NCBI GenBank assembly: GCA_963663405.2
Contig: CAXXSM010000142.1
Span: 1-64,000, forward strand
DNA from: a bacterium
Lineage (GTDB): Bacteria; Hinthialibacterota; Hinthialibacteria; Hinthialibacterales; Hinthialibacteraceae
Length of the DNA: 64,000 nucleotides
Reading direction: 5' to 3'
The position numbers and the translations under genes were made by a program. Below, one piece after another: positions 43,985 to 54,923 of the stretch (its first letter is position 1; every line of letters begins with the position of its first letter). The notes below the pieces were generated by a model that saw only the letters and a program-made list of their open reading frames with translations, did no database searches and was not told the DNA's origin.

Positions 43985-45579
43985 ATGATGCGTTTTATCC
44001 TAATCCTAAAACAAGAATATTCCCTTTTCGTCTTTGTTAAGACATTTCTACTGATTGGTTTGAGTCTGCTATGTTATCCAATGTCAAACACGGCTTCGGA
44101 ACTCTCCCCAGCTACGCTGGAATCCACTCGTTTGTATGAATTTGATCAACTTGATCTGGCTTCCAATGGCTGGAGTGAAATCCCGGGGGGATTTACTGAA
44201 TCGAATCCCGGTCAGGTTGTTGCCAATGTTTACCTTTGGCAAGTGATCCCATCTTCGAAAGATCATATCGGAATCATGCTTTCAGTCGATGCGAACGAAG
44301 TGGCATTTATTTATGCGTCAAATGCATTCCAAACCAGTGGAAAACCGGTCTTACTTCGTATGACTGTCCAATCGGATTCTCCCAACGTTGCGATTGCATT
44401 GGCTGTGTTGAAAGGCGATCTGGCGGCAAACACGGGCGTTGACGGATCCATTGCCACTCATATTCCAATGACCGCCGCCAGTTTTGTCGATAAAGACCGT
44501 CGCATCATATTGGTCTATGAACCGGATTCGGGTGAAACCATCACTCCTATAATCCAAGTGTCCGCCCCCGATCAGACAGGGGGCGCGAATGTTGCAATTG
44601 ATCGACTTGAAATCATCCCCATCAATCCGGATGATCTCTATCTAGGACGTGAATTTCAAGCCGTGACCTCATCAGAGGCTCCAGTGACTACACCAACTCA
44701 GTTGTTAAAACCAACAGAGACAGCGACCATTCCTGACATCATTTCGACACCCACACCGACTGTAAAACAGGATCAACCCACTCCAATCTTTTCACCCACA
44801 ACCTACTCCACTTCCAACAATGACGAATCCCATCCCCACATCCATCTCCGGAGACTCAACACAAAACGCCTGCGCCAGGAGATACCACATTCGAAGAGCA
44901 GGAACCCAACGACTTGCTGACTCAACCTCAATTTCTAGCGGTTATGTCGCTCAATCAATCGGTGGAAGTAACCGGATCACTTAGCTCAGGTGGAGTCCAA
45001 AATGAAGATTTTATTGGTGACAAGGATCACTACCGTTTTGAATTGCTCGAAGGCGCAGATGTCAAAGCCATGGTAAACTGGGATAACACGGCGGATGTGG
45101 ATATTATTTCGGCTATGTCAGGCCGGATTCTGGCTTATGATCTAGAAACTCGAAAACCGGCGTTTGTGCAGGGAACCCTAGCTCCAGGATCTTATGAGAT
45201 TCTAGTAGCCTCTAAGAATCAAGGCGCAAATTACACTTTATCCATTCATACATCCCCCCCCACTCAGTTTATCTATCCCAACGATGTATCCATTTTAAAT
45301 CGAGATTACGGACATTTTAATCGGGAATCCATGACAACCACAACGCTCCACACACTCAAATTTGATGGAAAGGGAAATTATGAATCCTGGCGCTCCCTTG
45401 ACTATTACAATCCGGATCTCCCAGGTTATGGCCAACATCAGGACAATCTCGAGCACGCAGGAACATATACGATTCTCTATCCATTATTGATCTTTCATCA
45501 TGACAATATCGAGGAATACTATTTGTTATATTTCGAATCCGAAAATTCATTTTATCTTAATGGCGTTCGATACACCTAA
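43985..45579 (+). CDS. Secreted modular protein: N-terminal beta domain, Pro/Thr linker, EQEPND/PPC-like domain; joined across two indels in 44790-44870
   Basis: Signal peptide, TPTPT linker; corrected frame gives ...APGDTTFEEQEPNDLLTQPQFL...DKDHYRFEL...ADVDI...LAPGSYEILV...NYTLSI. Confidence 0.7.
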
Positions 45580-45768
45580 TGGCGAGCGGAATTTTTTTAT
45601 AATCATGAGTTAAAACCCTCAAAGGTACGTTAATTGTTTTTCGGTATTTGGGATCTGACAGGAAAACGCTCATAAGCTGATATACTGTATTCAATCGCTG
45701 CATAACTCAAATGGAAACTAGATGTTAAAATAAGAACCAAGTAATCCAATGATAAAAAGTAACCTCCA

Positions 45769-46435
45769 ATGCGTATATTATTGATTGAAGATTCGGATAA
45801 ATTACAGCGGTCCATATCAACCGGATTGCGAAACGCGGGTTACAAAGTGGACGTAACCGGTGATGGGATAGACGGCTTTTGGCGGGCGGAATCTTATGAT
45901 TTTGATGTCATAATACTGGATCTAATGTTACCAGGAATGGATGGTCTTACGCTGCTCCACCGTCTTCGAAAACAGGGAAAAAACGTTCATGTCTTGATTC
46001 TTTCCGCTAGGGATACGGTGGAGGATCGTGTAAACGGCTTATCGCAGGGAGCGGATGATTATCTGGTTAAGCCGTTTGCTTTCGACGAATTGCTGGCGCG
46101 GATTCAGGCGTTAATTCGCAGGAGATATGGTATAAAGCATTCCATCATTTCTATCGGGGATCTTCAAATTGATCTCGGGAAAAAAGAAATCAACACGTTC
46201 AAATCAACCGATTGACCTGACTCCAAGAGAGTATGCTTTGTTGGAGTTTTTGGTCATGAGACGAGGAACCGTTGTTCATCGCCGTGAAATCGAAGAACAT
46301 ATTTATGACGAGTATGTAGAACCTTCTAGTAATGTCGTTGACGCCGCCGTGTGTTCGTTGCGAAAAAAAATTAATACAACGAATTCACCAATGTTGATCA
46401 AAACGAAACGCGGTCAAGGATATATCATTGAATAA
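45769..46435 (+). CDS. OmpR/PhoB-family response regulator; joined across a frameshift at ~46192
   Basis: MRILLIED, LDLMLPGMDG, GADDYLVKPF, LTPREYALLEFL, SNVVDAAVCSLRKK, TKRGQGY. Confidence 0.92.
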
Positions 46436-46467
46436 TAATAACTTAAAGAACGCCTCGAAAAAAAAGC

Positions 46468-47916
46468 ATGTCGCGGATGATTTTATTTCGATTATTCGTC
46501 ATATCTGTTTTGGTGTTCGGCTTGATGGGGTATTTTCTTTATGATCGAATTGAACATGCTCTTTTATGTTCGTTTGATTCTGAATTGGACGCCTATGAGG
46601 ATTCATTTGTGATGCTTTCCAATATTGATGACTCTGGACGATTCGAACTCGATTTTTCGGACGAAGTAATGAGCGACTTTAGTGGATTGAATCCTCAAAA
46701 TTTTTTTTCTATCATTCGAGTATCTGATGGTGTGGAAATGGAACGTTCTAGGTCTCTTCGGTCGTTAGATCTCCAATTTCCTTTCGAGTTAAACGATATC
46801 AGAATCCACGAACATGTTTTTTGGAATATTCGTTTAGATGGGAAAAATGTTCGGTGTGTAGCATTTCGGGAATTGGTTCTAGTGGAACACGATGAAGATG
46901 GGGAAGAAATGTCGCATTCGATCGAAGAAACAAAGATTCCTTCAATCGATCCCTCTATAAATAATGATTTTGTGTTTATTGTTGGAAAGGATCGGCGGGA
47001 AATTGATATATGGCTACGAGAGATAGCTTTGTTATCGATTCTTTATATCGGGGGAGGCCTTTTTTTTCTTCTTATCATTAGCGGATTTGTATTGACGAAT
47101 GGGTTGAGTCCACTGCGCACGCTTGAGAAAGAAGTGAGGTTGATTTCATCATCCAATTTGATCATGGTATCGATTCCGTCCGTAATTGAACTGGCTCAAA
47201 TTTCCAGCACATTGAACCTTGTGATCTCCAACTTAAAAGATGCATTTGATAGAGAGAGACGTTTTACAGCTGATGTCGCTCATGAACTGAGAACACCCAT
47301 CAGCGAGATTCGGACCGCCGCTGAAGTCGCTCTTCAAAAACCATCAACTCTGAATGCTGATGAACAAAATGCTCTACAAGACATACTCGCTTCAGCAAAA
47401 AAAATGCAGAAAATTGTTCAAACGCTACTCACTTTAGCTCGTTATGACGCCGGACAATTGAAATCTCAGCGGGAATCCATAGCCGTCCGTCCATTCGTTC
47501 TTTCGATTTGGAAGGTTTTTGAAGAAAAAACTGTCTTGCGTCAGATCGACGTTCATTTTGATACTCCAGCAGACTTTTCCATAAACACGGATCGGGACTT
47601 CCTCGAAACAGCGTTAATGAATCTTTTTGAAAATGCCGTTGAATACACGCCTCCTGGCGGGGGAATAGAATGGAAAACGGATCAGAATCATGGAGGATTT
47701 GTTTTTTCAATTTCAAACAGTGTATCGAATCTTACTCCAGGCGACATATCCCATTTATGTGATCGATTCTGGCAAAAAGATCCCGCCCGTTCATCGAACG
47801 AGCTTCACAGCGGCCTCGGTTTATCATTGGTTCGTTCGTTAGCCGATACACTGAATCTAACACTGCAGATCCATCTTGCTGACGAAAACCGCCTGAATAT
47901 ATCCTTGATTTCCTAA
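46468..47916 (+). CDS. Membrane sensor histidine kinase (CusS/QseC-like, HAMP-HisKA-HATPase)
   Basis: Two TM helices, RERRFTADVAHELRTPI, NLFENAVEY, DRFWQKDPARS..HSGLGLSLV. Confidence 0.92.
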   Translation: MSRMILFRLFVISVLVFGLMGYFLYDRIEHALLCSFDSELDAYEDSFVMLSNIDDSGRFELDFSDEVMSDFSGLNPQNFFSIIRVSDGVEMERSRSLRSLDLQFPFELNDIRIHEHVFWNIRLDGKNVRCVAFRELVLVEHDEDGEEMSHSIEETKIPSIDPSINNDFVFIVGKDRREIDIWLREIALLSILYIGGGLFFLLIISGFVLTNGLSPLRTLEKEVRLISSSNLIMVSIPSVIELAQISSTLNLVISNLKDAFDRERRFTADVAHELRTPISEIRTAAEVALQKPSTLNADEQNALQDILASAKKMQKIVQTLLTLARYDAGQLKSQRESIAVRPFVLSIWKVFEEKTVLRQIDVHFDTPADFSINTDRDFLETALMNLFENAVEYTPPGGGIEWKTDQNHGGFVFSISNSVSNLTPGDISHLCDRFWQKDPARSSNELHSGLGLSLVRSLADTLNLTLQIHLADENRLNISLIS

Positions 47917-47929
47917 TAATTTTTCCCAT

Positions 47930-47951
47930 CCGTAATCTTCCCGTAATGTTT
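47930..47951 (+). promoter_or_regulatory. 11-bp-period direct repeat CCGTAATCTTC/CCGTAATGTTT, candidate OmpR-family box
   Basis: Tandem repeat with one-helical-turn spacing, upstream of the PepSY-like gene and adjacent to the OmpR/HK pair. Confidence 0.5.
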
Positions 47952-48031
47952 CCTATGCTATCTTCTTGTTTGTTTGATTTTCATATATCGCCCTCATAAA
48001 GAGAAAATGGTGCGAAAAAGGAGAAAAAGAG

Positions 48032-48811
48032 ATGGACGGATTAAAATGTTTCAAAAAGATTGGGTTGATTGTACTGTGCCTGGGCGTTGCGGCATCGTTT
48101 GTTTGCGCCGATGGGGATGATGATTCGCAGGAACTGAAGATTTCCCTCTCTCAGGCTCCCGAATTGGTTCGCGCAACCATCAAAAAACATGCCGAAGGCA
48201 AGGAAATTGAAGTCATCGAAGTGGAAGTGGAAGATGGCAAACTGGTTTACAACGTAGAAATAGAAAATAAGGGAGAGAAAACCGAATTCAAGGTATCTTC
48301 GGATGGACGTTTTCTTGGATTTGACGAGGAGAACGGCAGCGAGAATGACGGGGAGAAAGATCATGAAATTCAAATTGATATCGAACGGCTTCCTTCTTCT
48401 GTAAAAGAGGCGGCGAAAAATTATTTTGTAGACGGCGCTGAAACCAAGGCCGTCGAAGAGAAAGAAGACGGCGTCCTTTATTATGAAATTGAAATGGAAA
48501 AAGGTGAATTGTCGAAAAGCGTGAAGTTTACGAAAGAAGGCGCGCTCGTTGAGGTCGAAGGAGAACTGGAAATCTCCGATCTTCCCGAAGCGGTTCGCTT
48601 AACCATTGAAAAGAAATTTTCAAATTCCGAAATAGAAGAGATTGTCAGTGTGCAAGCATTCTTTTACGAGATTGTCGTTTCAAAAGACGGAAAAGAAATT
48701 GAAATCCCAATTTCTCCAGCCGGTATTCTCATGAAGTCTCAATGTAAAGAACATCAAGTCGACAAAAAAAAGAAAGAGGACGAGGACGAGGATGATGATA
48801 ACGAAAACTAA
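48032..48811 (+). CDS. Secreted PepSY-like repeat protein
   Basis: Signal peptide; three repeats of (L/A)PxxV+xxIxK...IExExEDGxxxYEIE....xx+xxxdG; acidic tail. Confidence 0.82.
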   Translation: MDGLKCFKKIGLIVLCLGVAASFVCADGDDDSQELKISLSQAPELVRATIKKHAEGKEIEVIEVEVEDGKLVYNVEIENKGEKTEFKVSSDGRFLGFDEENGSENDGEKDHEIQIDIERLPSSVKEAAKNYFVDGAETKAVEEKEDGVLYYEIEMEKGELSKSVKFTKEGALVEVEGELEISDLPEAVRLTIEKKFSNSEIEEIVSVQAFFYEIVVSKDGKEIEIPISPAGILMKSQCKEHQVDKKKKEDEDEDDDNEN

Positions 48812-48942
48812 CGGTCTTAATGATATCCTTATCAAATCACGCTTTATAGATTTGAGTTAACATTCTGCGATTTTTCTTTACTGAGATGGAAATGGGAGAA
48901 AGAAAATTTGGATTGTGTCGGTCGTAATATCTAAGAATTACA

Positions 48943-50589
48943 ATGCAACAGCTTAAGAGGTCGATTGGATTGATGAAAAATTGGAATCTGTTAGGCCCAG
49001 AAAGAGTGCCCTCCTATTTGTTAATCCTCCTTTTTTGTTTTATCCTTTTGGCTCGTTTTTACTTGATCATGTCTTTTCCATTATTTCATCCATCGGAAGG
49101 ACGTTATGCTGAAATTTCAAGAAACATGGTTACGGAGAGTGATTGGATTACTCCTCAAATTGAAGTGGGTGTTCCTTTCTGGGGAAAACCACCTCTATTA
49201 TTTTGGTTCAATGCGGTGAGTCTCTATTTATTTGGCGTATCAAAATTCAGTGTGAGAGCGCCATCTTTTATTATATGTTTCATGACCGCCTTTTTGGTTT
49301 ATAAACTTGGTGTAAATTTAAGGAATCGGATCTTTGGTATTTATTGCGCTCTAATTCTTTCCTCGACCTTACTTTTTTTTCTAATGGCTGGCGCCGTATT
49401 AACCGATCCATTTTTGATGTTTTCAATCACGTTATCGCTTATTTCTTTTTATATTGCCATTCAGTCAAAAACAAATGATCTGTGTCAAGCATGGGCTTAT
49501 TGTTTTTTTGCTGGCATTGGATTGAGTGTGCTATCGAAAGGTTTAATCGGTCTTGTATTGATTATTTTTCCTGTCTTTATTAGTCTTTTATTTTCTTCTC
49601 AGTGGAGAAAAATCGCAAATACCTTTCCTCATATTACAGGTATGTTATTGACTCTTCTTATTGTCATTCCATGGCATCTCTTAGCAGAATACAAAACTCC
49701 TGGATTCCTGAATTACTATATAATTGGTGAACATCTTAAGCGATTTATGATTTCGGGATGGCGTGGGGATCTTTATGGTTCCACGCACAACCATATGAGA
49801 GGGATGATCGTATTATTTACTCTACTTGATACTTTGCCGTGGAACATTCCATTGCTGGCCGCTTTGTTTTGGCTTGTAAAGAGAAGATGGAAATTATCGT
49901 CTGTTTTTGCCGATATCCGAATTTTGTATCTTCTTACATGGTTTATCACTCCAATTATATTTTTTTGTTTTGCTAATAACATTGTGTTTACATATGCCCT
50001 TCCTTCCTTGCCGCCCTTTGCAATCTTAACGGTTTTAACGTTTCAGAAGGTTTTATCAAAAATGGGAATGGAGTCACAACCGTTTCGCCTTAGAAATTCA
50101 CATGAAAAAGCCACGTTTTTCTTGAGTGTAAGAGCATTAATTATTTGTGTCTTATTTGTCCCTCTTGTCACATTAATTGCGAGCCATTTGGGTAAACCGT
50201 TTATGAAAAACCATTATGAGCAAGAGCAGATCATGGCTCATGTCAATCATTTGATTCCTAATGCGTCAAACCCTAAAGTATTTTTTATTGGCAACAAGGG
50301 ATACACAATGTCTTTTTATTCCCATAATCAAATGAAGATTGTTACAAAACCAACAACTGAGTGGTTATCAACAAAGATGAACGATGACAATATTGACTAT
50401 TATATTTTGGATGCAAATGAGAATAAATTAATAAATGGTGAATTCCTGAACAGTACAAGAGAAGTCATGGCATTTGATCGTTACGATTTAAGAAAAGATC
50501 TTCATGACAATGTACAAAAAAATAATTCTCAATATAGAAAATATGCAAAGTTAAATCAAAAAGATGTTTATAATATGATTCAAAAGTAA
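48943..50589 (+). CDS. ArnT/PMT_2-family (GT83-like) membrane glycosyltransferase
   Basis: SEGRYAEISRNM..DWITP...FWGKPPL, LSKGLIG, PWH...PGFLNYYIIGEH, YALPSLPPFA; multiple TM helices. Confidence 0.88.
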   Translation: MQQLKRSIGLMKNWNLLGPERVPSYLLILLFCFILLARFYLIMSFPLFHPSEGRYAEISRNMVTESDWITPQIEVGVPFWGKPPLLFWFNAVSLYLFGVSKFSVRAPSFIICFMTAFLVYKLGVNLRNRIFGIYCALILSSTLLFFLMAGAVLTDPFLMFSITLSLISFYIAIQSKTNDLCQAWAYCFFAGIGLSVLSKGLIGLVLIIFPVFISLLFSSQWRKIANTFPHITGMLLTLLIVIPWHLLAEYKTPGFLNYYIIGEHLKRFMISGWRGDLYGSTHNHMRGMIVLFTLLDTLPWNIPLLAALFWLVKRRWKLSSVFADIRILYLLTWFITPIIFFCFANNIVFTYALPSLPPFAILTVLTFQKVLSKMGMESQPFRLRNSHEKATFFLSVRALIICVLFVPLVTLIASHLGKPFMKNHYEQEQIMAHVNHLIPNASNPKVFFIGNKGYTMSFYSHNQMKIVTKPTTEWLSTKMNDDNIDYYILDANENKLINGEFLNSTREVMAFDRYDLRKDLHDNVQKNNSQYRKYAKLNQKDVYNMIQK

Positions 50590-50647
50590 ATGACGTGACT
50601 TAACAAAACGATCGTAAAGAAAACACAGGGTAAAGGAGTCACTAACC

Positions 50648-51352
50648 ATGCGCTATATAAAATTGGTTTTTATAATAGTTTGTTTTTCGATTTTTGTTTC
50701 GCTTACTACAGTCATTGCCTTCGAAAAATACAATGAGAACAATTCATTCACGACTGAGTTTGGCATTGATAAAGAGGAACTATCTTCCATAGGACGAAAT
50801 CCCTATTTTATCCTAGAACCTGGATATCAATTGATTTTTGAAGGCGGTAATGAACGTCTAGTGATCACGATTTTGAAAGAGACCAAAATGATTGATGGCA
50901 TAGAAACAAGAGTTCTGGAAGAGCGGGAATCCAAGAACGGGCAATTGGTAGAGGTATCTCGTAATTTCTTCGCCATCAGCAAACGGAACAACAGCGTCTT
51001 TTATTTTGGTGAAGAAGTGGAAATTTATAAGAACGGCAAGATCGTCGATCATGAGGGCGCTTGGCTGTCGGGTGAAAAGGGAGCCAAATTTGGATTGATA
51101 ATGCCCGGTCAGGTATTACTAGGCGCAAGACACTATCAGGAAATCGCGCCCGGCGCCGCGATGGATCGCGCCGAAATTGTTGGCTTGAACGAAACCGTTC
51201 AAACCCCCGCCGGGGAATTTAAAAACTGTCTCAAAGTCGAGGAAACTACTCCATTGGAGCCCGGTGAAAAAGAATACAAATACTACGCTCCTGGAATTGG
51301 ACTGATCCAGGATGGCTCGTTAAAACTTGTGAAATATGGGAACAAGAATTGA
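50648..51352 (+). CDS. Conserved secreted hypothetical protein
   Basis: Signal peptide; GRNPYFILEPG, VFYFGEEV, YQEIAPGAAMDRAE, TPAGEFKNCLKVEETTPLEPG.KYYAPGIG; RBS AAGGAG. Confidence 0.8.
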   Translation: MRYIKLVFIIVCFSIFVSLTTVIAFEKYNENNSFTTEFGIDKEELSSIGRNPYFILEPGYQLIFEGGNERLVITILKETKMIDGIETRVLEERESKNGQLVEVSRNFFAISKRNNSVFYFGEEVEIYKNGKIVDHEGAWLSGEKGAKFGLIMPGQVLLGARHYQEIAPGAAMDRAEIVGLNETVQTPAGEFKNCLKVEETTPLEPGEKEYKYYAPGIGLIQDGSLKLVKYGNKN

Positions 51353-51499
51353 GTAATGAATAGGCAGCCATAAAATTTTTCTCGCGATGTTGATACTGTT
51401 CTTCAATTTACATGGAAAATGTGAGATTGTATCCAAGAGATAAGATTGGTATTCTCGTTTGGATATCGATGATTGTGTTGAAATGATAGAAAAGGGAAA

Positions 51500-52603
51500 A
51501 TGGCGAAAATGTTTCTTCTAACGAAAATCCCATTTCTTCAGATCATTTTGTTCCTAGTCTTCATCCTTCTTTCCGGATGCGCACAGTTCGACAGAAAGCA
51601 GTATGAAGCTGTTGTTATTCAGGGGATTAAGGATGGGGCCGGTTATTCGTTTCAAATAAATTCGTCTCCTGGAGAGATTGTTATCCCAGACGGTTTGGTT
51701 TTAGACGATGGGATTTCGGAAGATGAAGCCATCCAACTCGCGCTGATTAATAACGCGGCTTTCAATGAAACCTTAAGCGATTTAGGCGTTGCTCAGGCGG
51801 ACTACATCAAAGCAGGCTTATTGCCCAACCCAGTGTTATCTTTATTATTTCCAGTCGATGACCGTCATTACGAATCTTCTCTTACAATGGCGGTAGATGC
51901 GCTCTGGCTGCGTCCGCGACGGCTGTCCATCGCGGAAATCCAATCCAAACGGATCGGTCAACGTCTGGTTCAAAACGGATTGGATTTGGTGCGTGATGTC
52001 CGTACGGCGTTTGCCGAACTCGGACAATCAAACGATTTATCTCGAATCGGCCTTGAGTCGGCTGAGTTGCAGGAACGCATTGCCCTGCTATCAGAAAAGC
52101 GATTGGAAGCGGGTGATATCAGCGAATTGGAAACATTGATGGCGCGGATTGAAGCGAAGAGTTCCCGCGCCAATGCGGTTGTATTACAGCACAACGTTGA
52201 ACAGGCTTATCAAAAACTGGTCACTTTGGTTGGGTTGAGTATGCTGGAAAAAAATATCTCTTTTAATGAACCATCTGATCGGAATTTGATGCGGCATGAT
52301 AGCCAATCACTCTTGGAAGAAGCATTGGTTCAACGCCCGGATTATCGCGCCGCCAAACTCGCCATAGAAGCCGCCGGTGAAAAAACTGGACTCGCTCGTA
52401 TGGATGTTTTAAAAATCAGCGCACAGGTCGATGGAGATGAAATATCGAACCGTTTTCAACTTGGCCCTGGATTCAAACTAGAAATCCCTCTATTCAATCG
52501 CAATCAAGATCAAATTGCTCTTGCGAAAGCCGAATTTGAAAAGAGTGTTTGGCAAACTGTTTCAATTCGCGACCAAATACCGGCTGCGCTGTTCCTTATT
52601 TAG
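51500..52603 (+). pseudogene. TolC/CzcC-like outer-membrane efflux lipoprotein, 3'-truncated
   Basis: Lipobox LSGC, AGLLPNP, AGDISELE, RPDYRAA, LEIPLFNRNQ; similarity stops at ~52580 before the final OEP helices. Confidence 0.8.
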
Positions 52604-53055
52604 GAGAGGAATTCTTCCCAAAGTTCCAAGAAAGAGATTTCTTGATGCATTGGGTTGAAAAACCAGGGACATCGCTCGAAGCGATGAATCGCTTGACGAT
52701 TCGGGTAAGCAAGGAACTTCGTTCTATCCCCGGCGTTAGAAATTTTGGATCTCACATTGGCCGGGCTGAAGTCGCGGATGAAGTAGTTGGACCTAATTTC
52801 ACTGAATTATGGATTAGTATTGCGCCCGAGGCGGATTACAAGTCTACACTCGCTAAAATCGAAGAAGTCGTTTATGGCTATCCTGGGCTTTACCGGGATG
52901 TGCTCACTTATTTAAGCGAACGAATAAAAGAAGTGCTAACGGGAGCGAGCGCCAGTATTGTAGTTCGTATCTATGGGCCGGATTTAGGCGTTTTACGTCA
53001 AACCGCTGAAGGTGTTGCGGATGTCATCGCGGATGTCGAAGGTATAAAAGATTTA
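52582..53055 (+). pseudogene. Internal fragment of a CusA/CzcA-family RND permease
   Basis: [50 protein letters not shown]; no N- or C-terminal part. Confidence 0.85.
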
Positions 53056-53283
53056 TTTAATTATCAATTTAAGGGATGCTCAAGGGGAGTTAAAATTTGA
53101 TTTCTCCAAGTTTGACCGTTGGGCGGATATCTTTTGGAACACAGGAAAAATGGACTTGTTGGAAACTGGATTTGTCGCCACATTCGGGGAAGGACGCTGG
53201 TTTAGCACTGAAATCAAGTTACGCAACTTTTCCGTGCGTGATGAATCAAGTGGAAAAATGGAAACACTGAAGGGAAAAGATTT

Positions 53284-54923
53284 GGGTGTAACTCGCGCTC
53301 CGCGCTATGCAGCCTGTTCCCAAATTTCATTGATCATCTCTCGATATGGATATAACTTATGAACGTTTTCTTGAATACGATGGTCTTGGAAAGCCTCCCA
53401 ATCGTCATTGAGAAAGACGGCTCGCAAGTCCAACATGGCTTGAGCGCCTTCGGTCCGCCAACGCATTCCCGTTCCTTCCATTCGATCCTTGACTAAGTGA
53501 CGGCAAGCCCCTTCGACCACCCCACTCCCGATGGGATAGCCAAACGCTAAATAATAATCATAACGCATATACTCTCGGTTATTTTCCAAATACGTAATCA
53601 CGCGCTCCAGCTGTCTCTTTTTCGCCCCCCGCAGACCTCGCTTGGTTCCCATTTGTCTCAAGCCACCAATCACTCGGCCCACTTGCCCTTCGAGTAAACG
53701 AGTCAGACGGAGTTTCACGAATGTTTCCGCTTCTTCACTCCCTTCCGGAACGAAACAATAGGCGGCGCTCCACAGGCGTTCCATGACGTGATAAATATCG
53801 ATGATGCAGACGGTATCGACTTCATAGGCTTCGGCTTTTTTCCACAACGCCCGTTCCCCGTCCATCAAACAAACGACCGCTTTATTTCCAGCTGCATTCC
53901 GGATGTTCAGTTCCTCCGCAAACCATTGGAAGATTCGATCTTTTCCGTTGCTCTCTTCGCCTTCCATCTCTCTTGTCAGTTCCGCCCGCATCTGTTTGTG
54001 GCGCGGAACGGGGCGGTTTGCGCTCTGCTCCTTCCGGAAGATTTCATTCACCACGTCCTCCGCCTGACGAGGAAACGGATCGATTGTATACACTGCGCCT
54101 ACACACGCTTGACGCTTTTTATTCGCCTTTTCTCCTCGTTTCCGTCTCCCCGGCTCAACCGTCTCTTCCCGCCGCATCGGTACTCCCTTCCCATCCGCCG
54201 TGAGAACTAGAATCGAGCCCTCTTCTTCCGCGGCGGGTGTGGGCTGCGCCCAGCGAAACGCTTCCACCTCTTGCGCCATGGCGCCGTTCATATATTCCAG
54301 ACTGCGAACCGACTGGCCAATCCCCAATATCCGTTCCAAGGTTTGACTGGATTGCTGATAAGAGTTTTGCACACAAAACGCCTGCGACCATTCTTGGAGT
54401 AAAAAGGAAAAATCACTTTCGGGTAAATTCAGCCGGGCGTCCAACGGAACCACCTCATGTTTTTGGCTCTCGCGAGTTCCATAGACCGTTCGGTTAATCA
54501 TGATTTCACCAAAGACGGATACATACCGCTTTTCGTATTGCGTGTCCAAGCGGCGTAAGGTTTTCCCGTCCGGCTCAATGGTAGGACCGAGGTCGCCCGT
54601 TCCTTGCCGGTCGATCGTCTCTTCCAGCATGATTCGGCCAAGATTCATAAGACCGCTCCATAGCTCTTTCTCGATTTGATCGATTGGGATTCCGTTTTCG
54701 GCTGCTTCTTTCACCTCATTCCACAACGCGGCAAACTGATCTTTCGACTTGAAAATTTCTCGTTCTTGTTCCATCATCAACCTGGGGCCTCATTTCAGTC
54801 AGGATATACATTGTTTTCATGGACTAATGTTATACCTGTTGAGGCCCTTTTTAACAAGTCATAAATTACACTAACTATAATATAATCAATACTTTATGAA
54901 ATCGAGCTCCGCGGGTTACACCC
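53284..54923 (-). mobile_element. Intact ISKra4-family insertion sequence with 9-bp target-site duplication
   Basis: TIRs GGGTGTAACTCGCG / CGCGGGTTACACCC; TSD AAAAGATTT at 53275-53283 and 54924-54932. Confidence 0.93.
53305..54780 (-). CDS. ISKra4-family DDE transposase
   Basis: VPLDARLNLP, TADGKGVPMR, LMDGERALW, IDIYHVMERLW, YPIGSGVVEGACRHLVKDRMEGTGMRW. Confidence 0.93.
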   Translation of the reverse strand: MMMEQEREIFKSKDQFAALWNEVKEAAENGIPIDQIEKELWSGLMNLGRIMLEETIDRQGTGDLGPTIEPDGKTLRRLDTQYEKRYVSVFGEIMINRTVYGTRESQKHEVVPLDARLNLPESDFSFLLQEWSQAFCVQNSYQQSSQTLERILGIGQSVRSLEYMNGAMAQEVEAFRWAQPTPAAEEEGSILVLTADGKGVPMRREETVEPGRRKRGEKANKKRQACVGAVYTIDPFPRQAEDVVNEIFRKEQSANRPVPRHKQMRAELTREMEGEESNGKDRIFQWFAEELNIRNAAGNKAVVCLMDGERALWKKAEAYEVDTVCIIDIYHVMERLWSAAYCFVPEGSEEAETFVKLRLTRLLEGQVGRVIGGLRQMGTKRGLRGAKKRQLERVITYLENNREYMRYDYYLAFGYPIGSGVVEGACRHLVKDRMEGTGMRWRTEGAQAMLDLRAVFLNDDWEAFQDHRIQENVHKLYPYREMINEIWEQAA

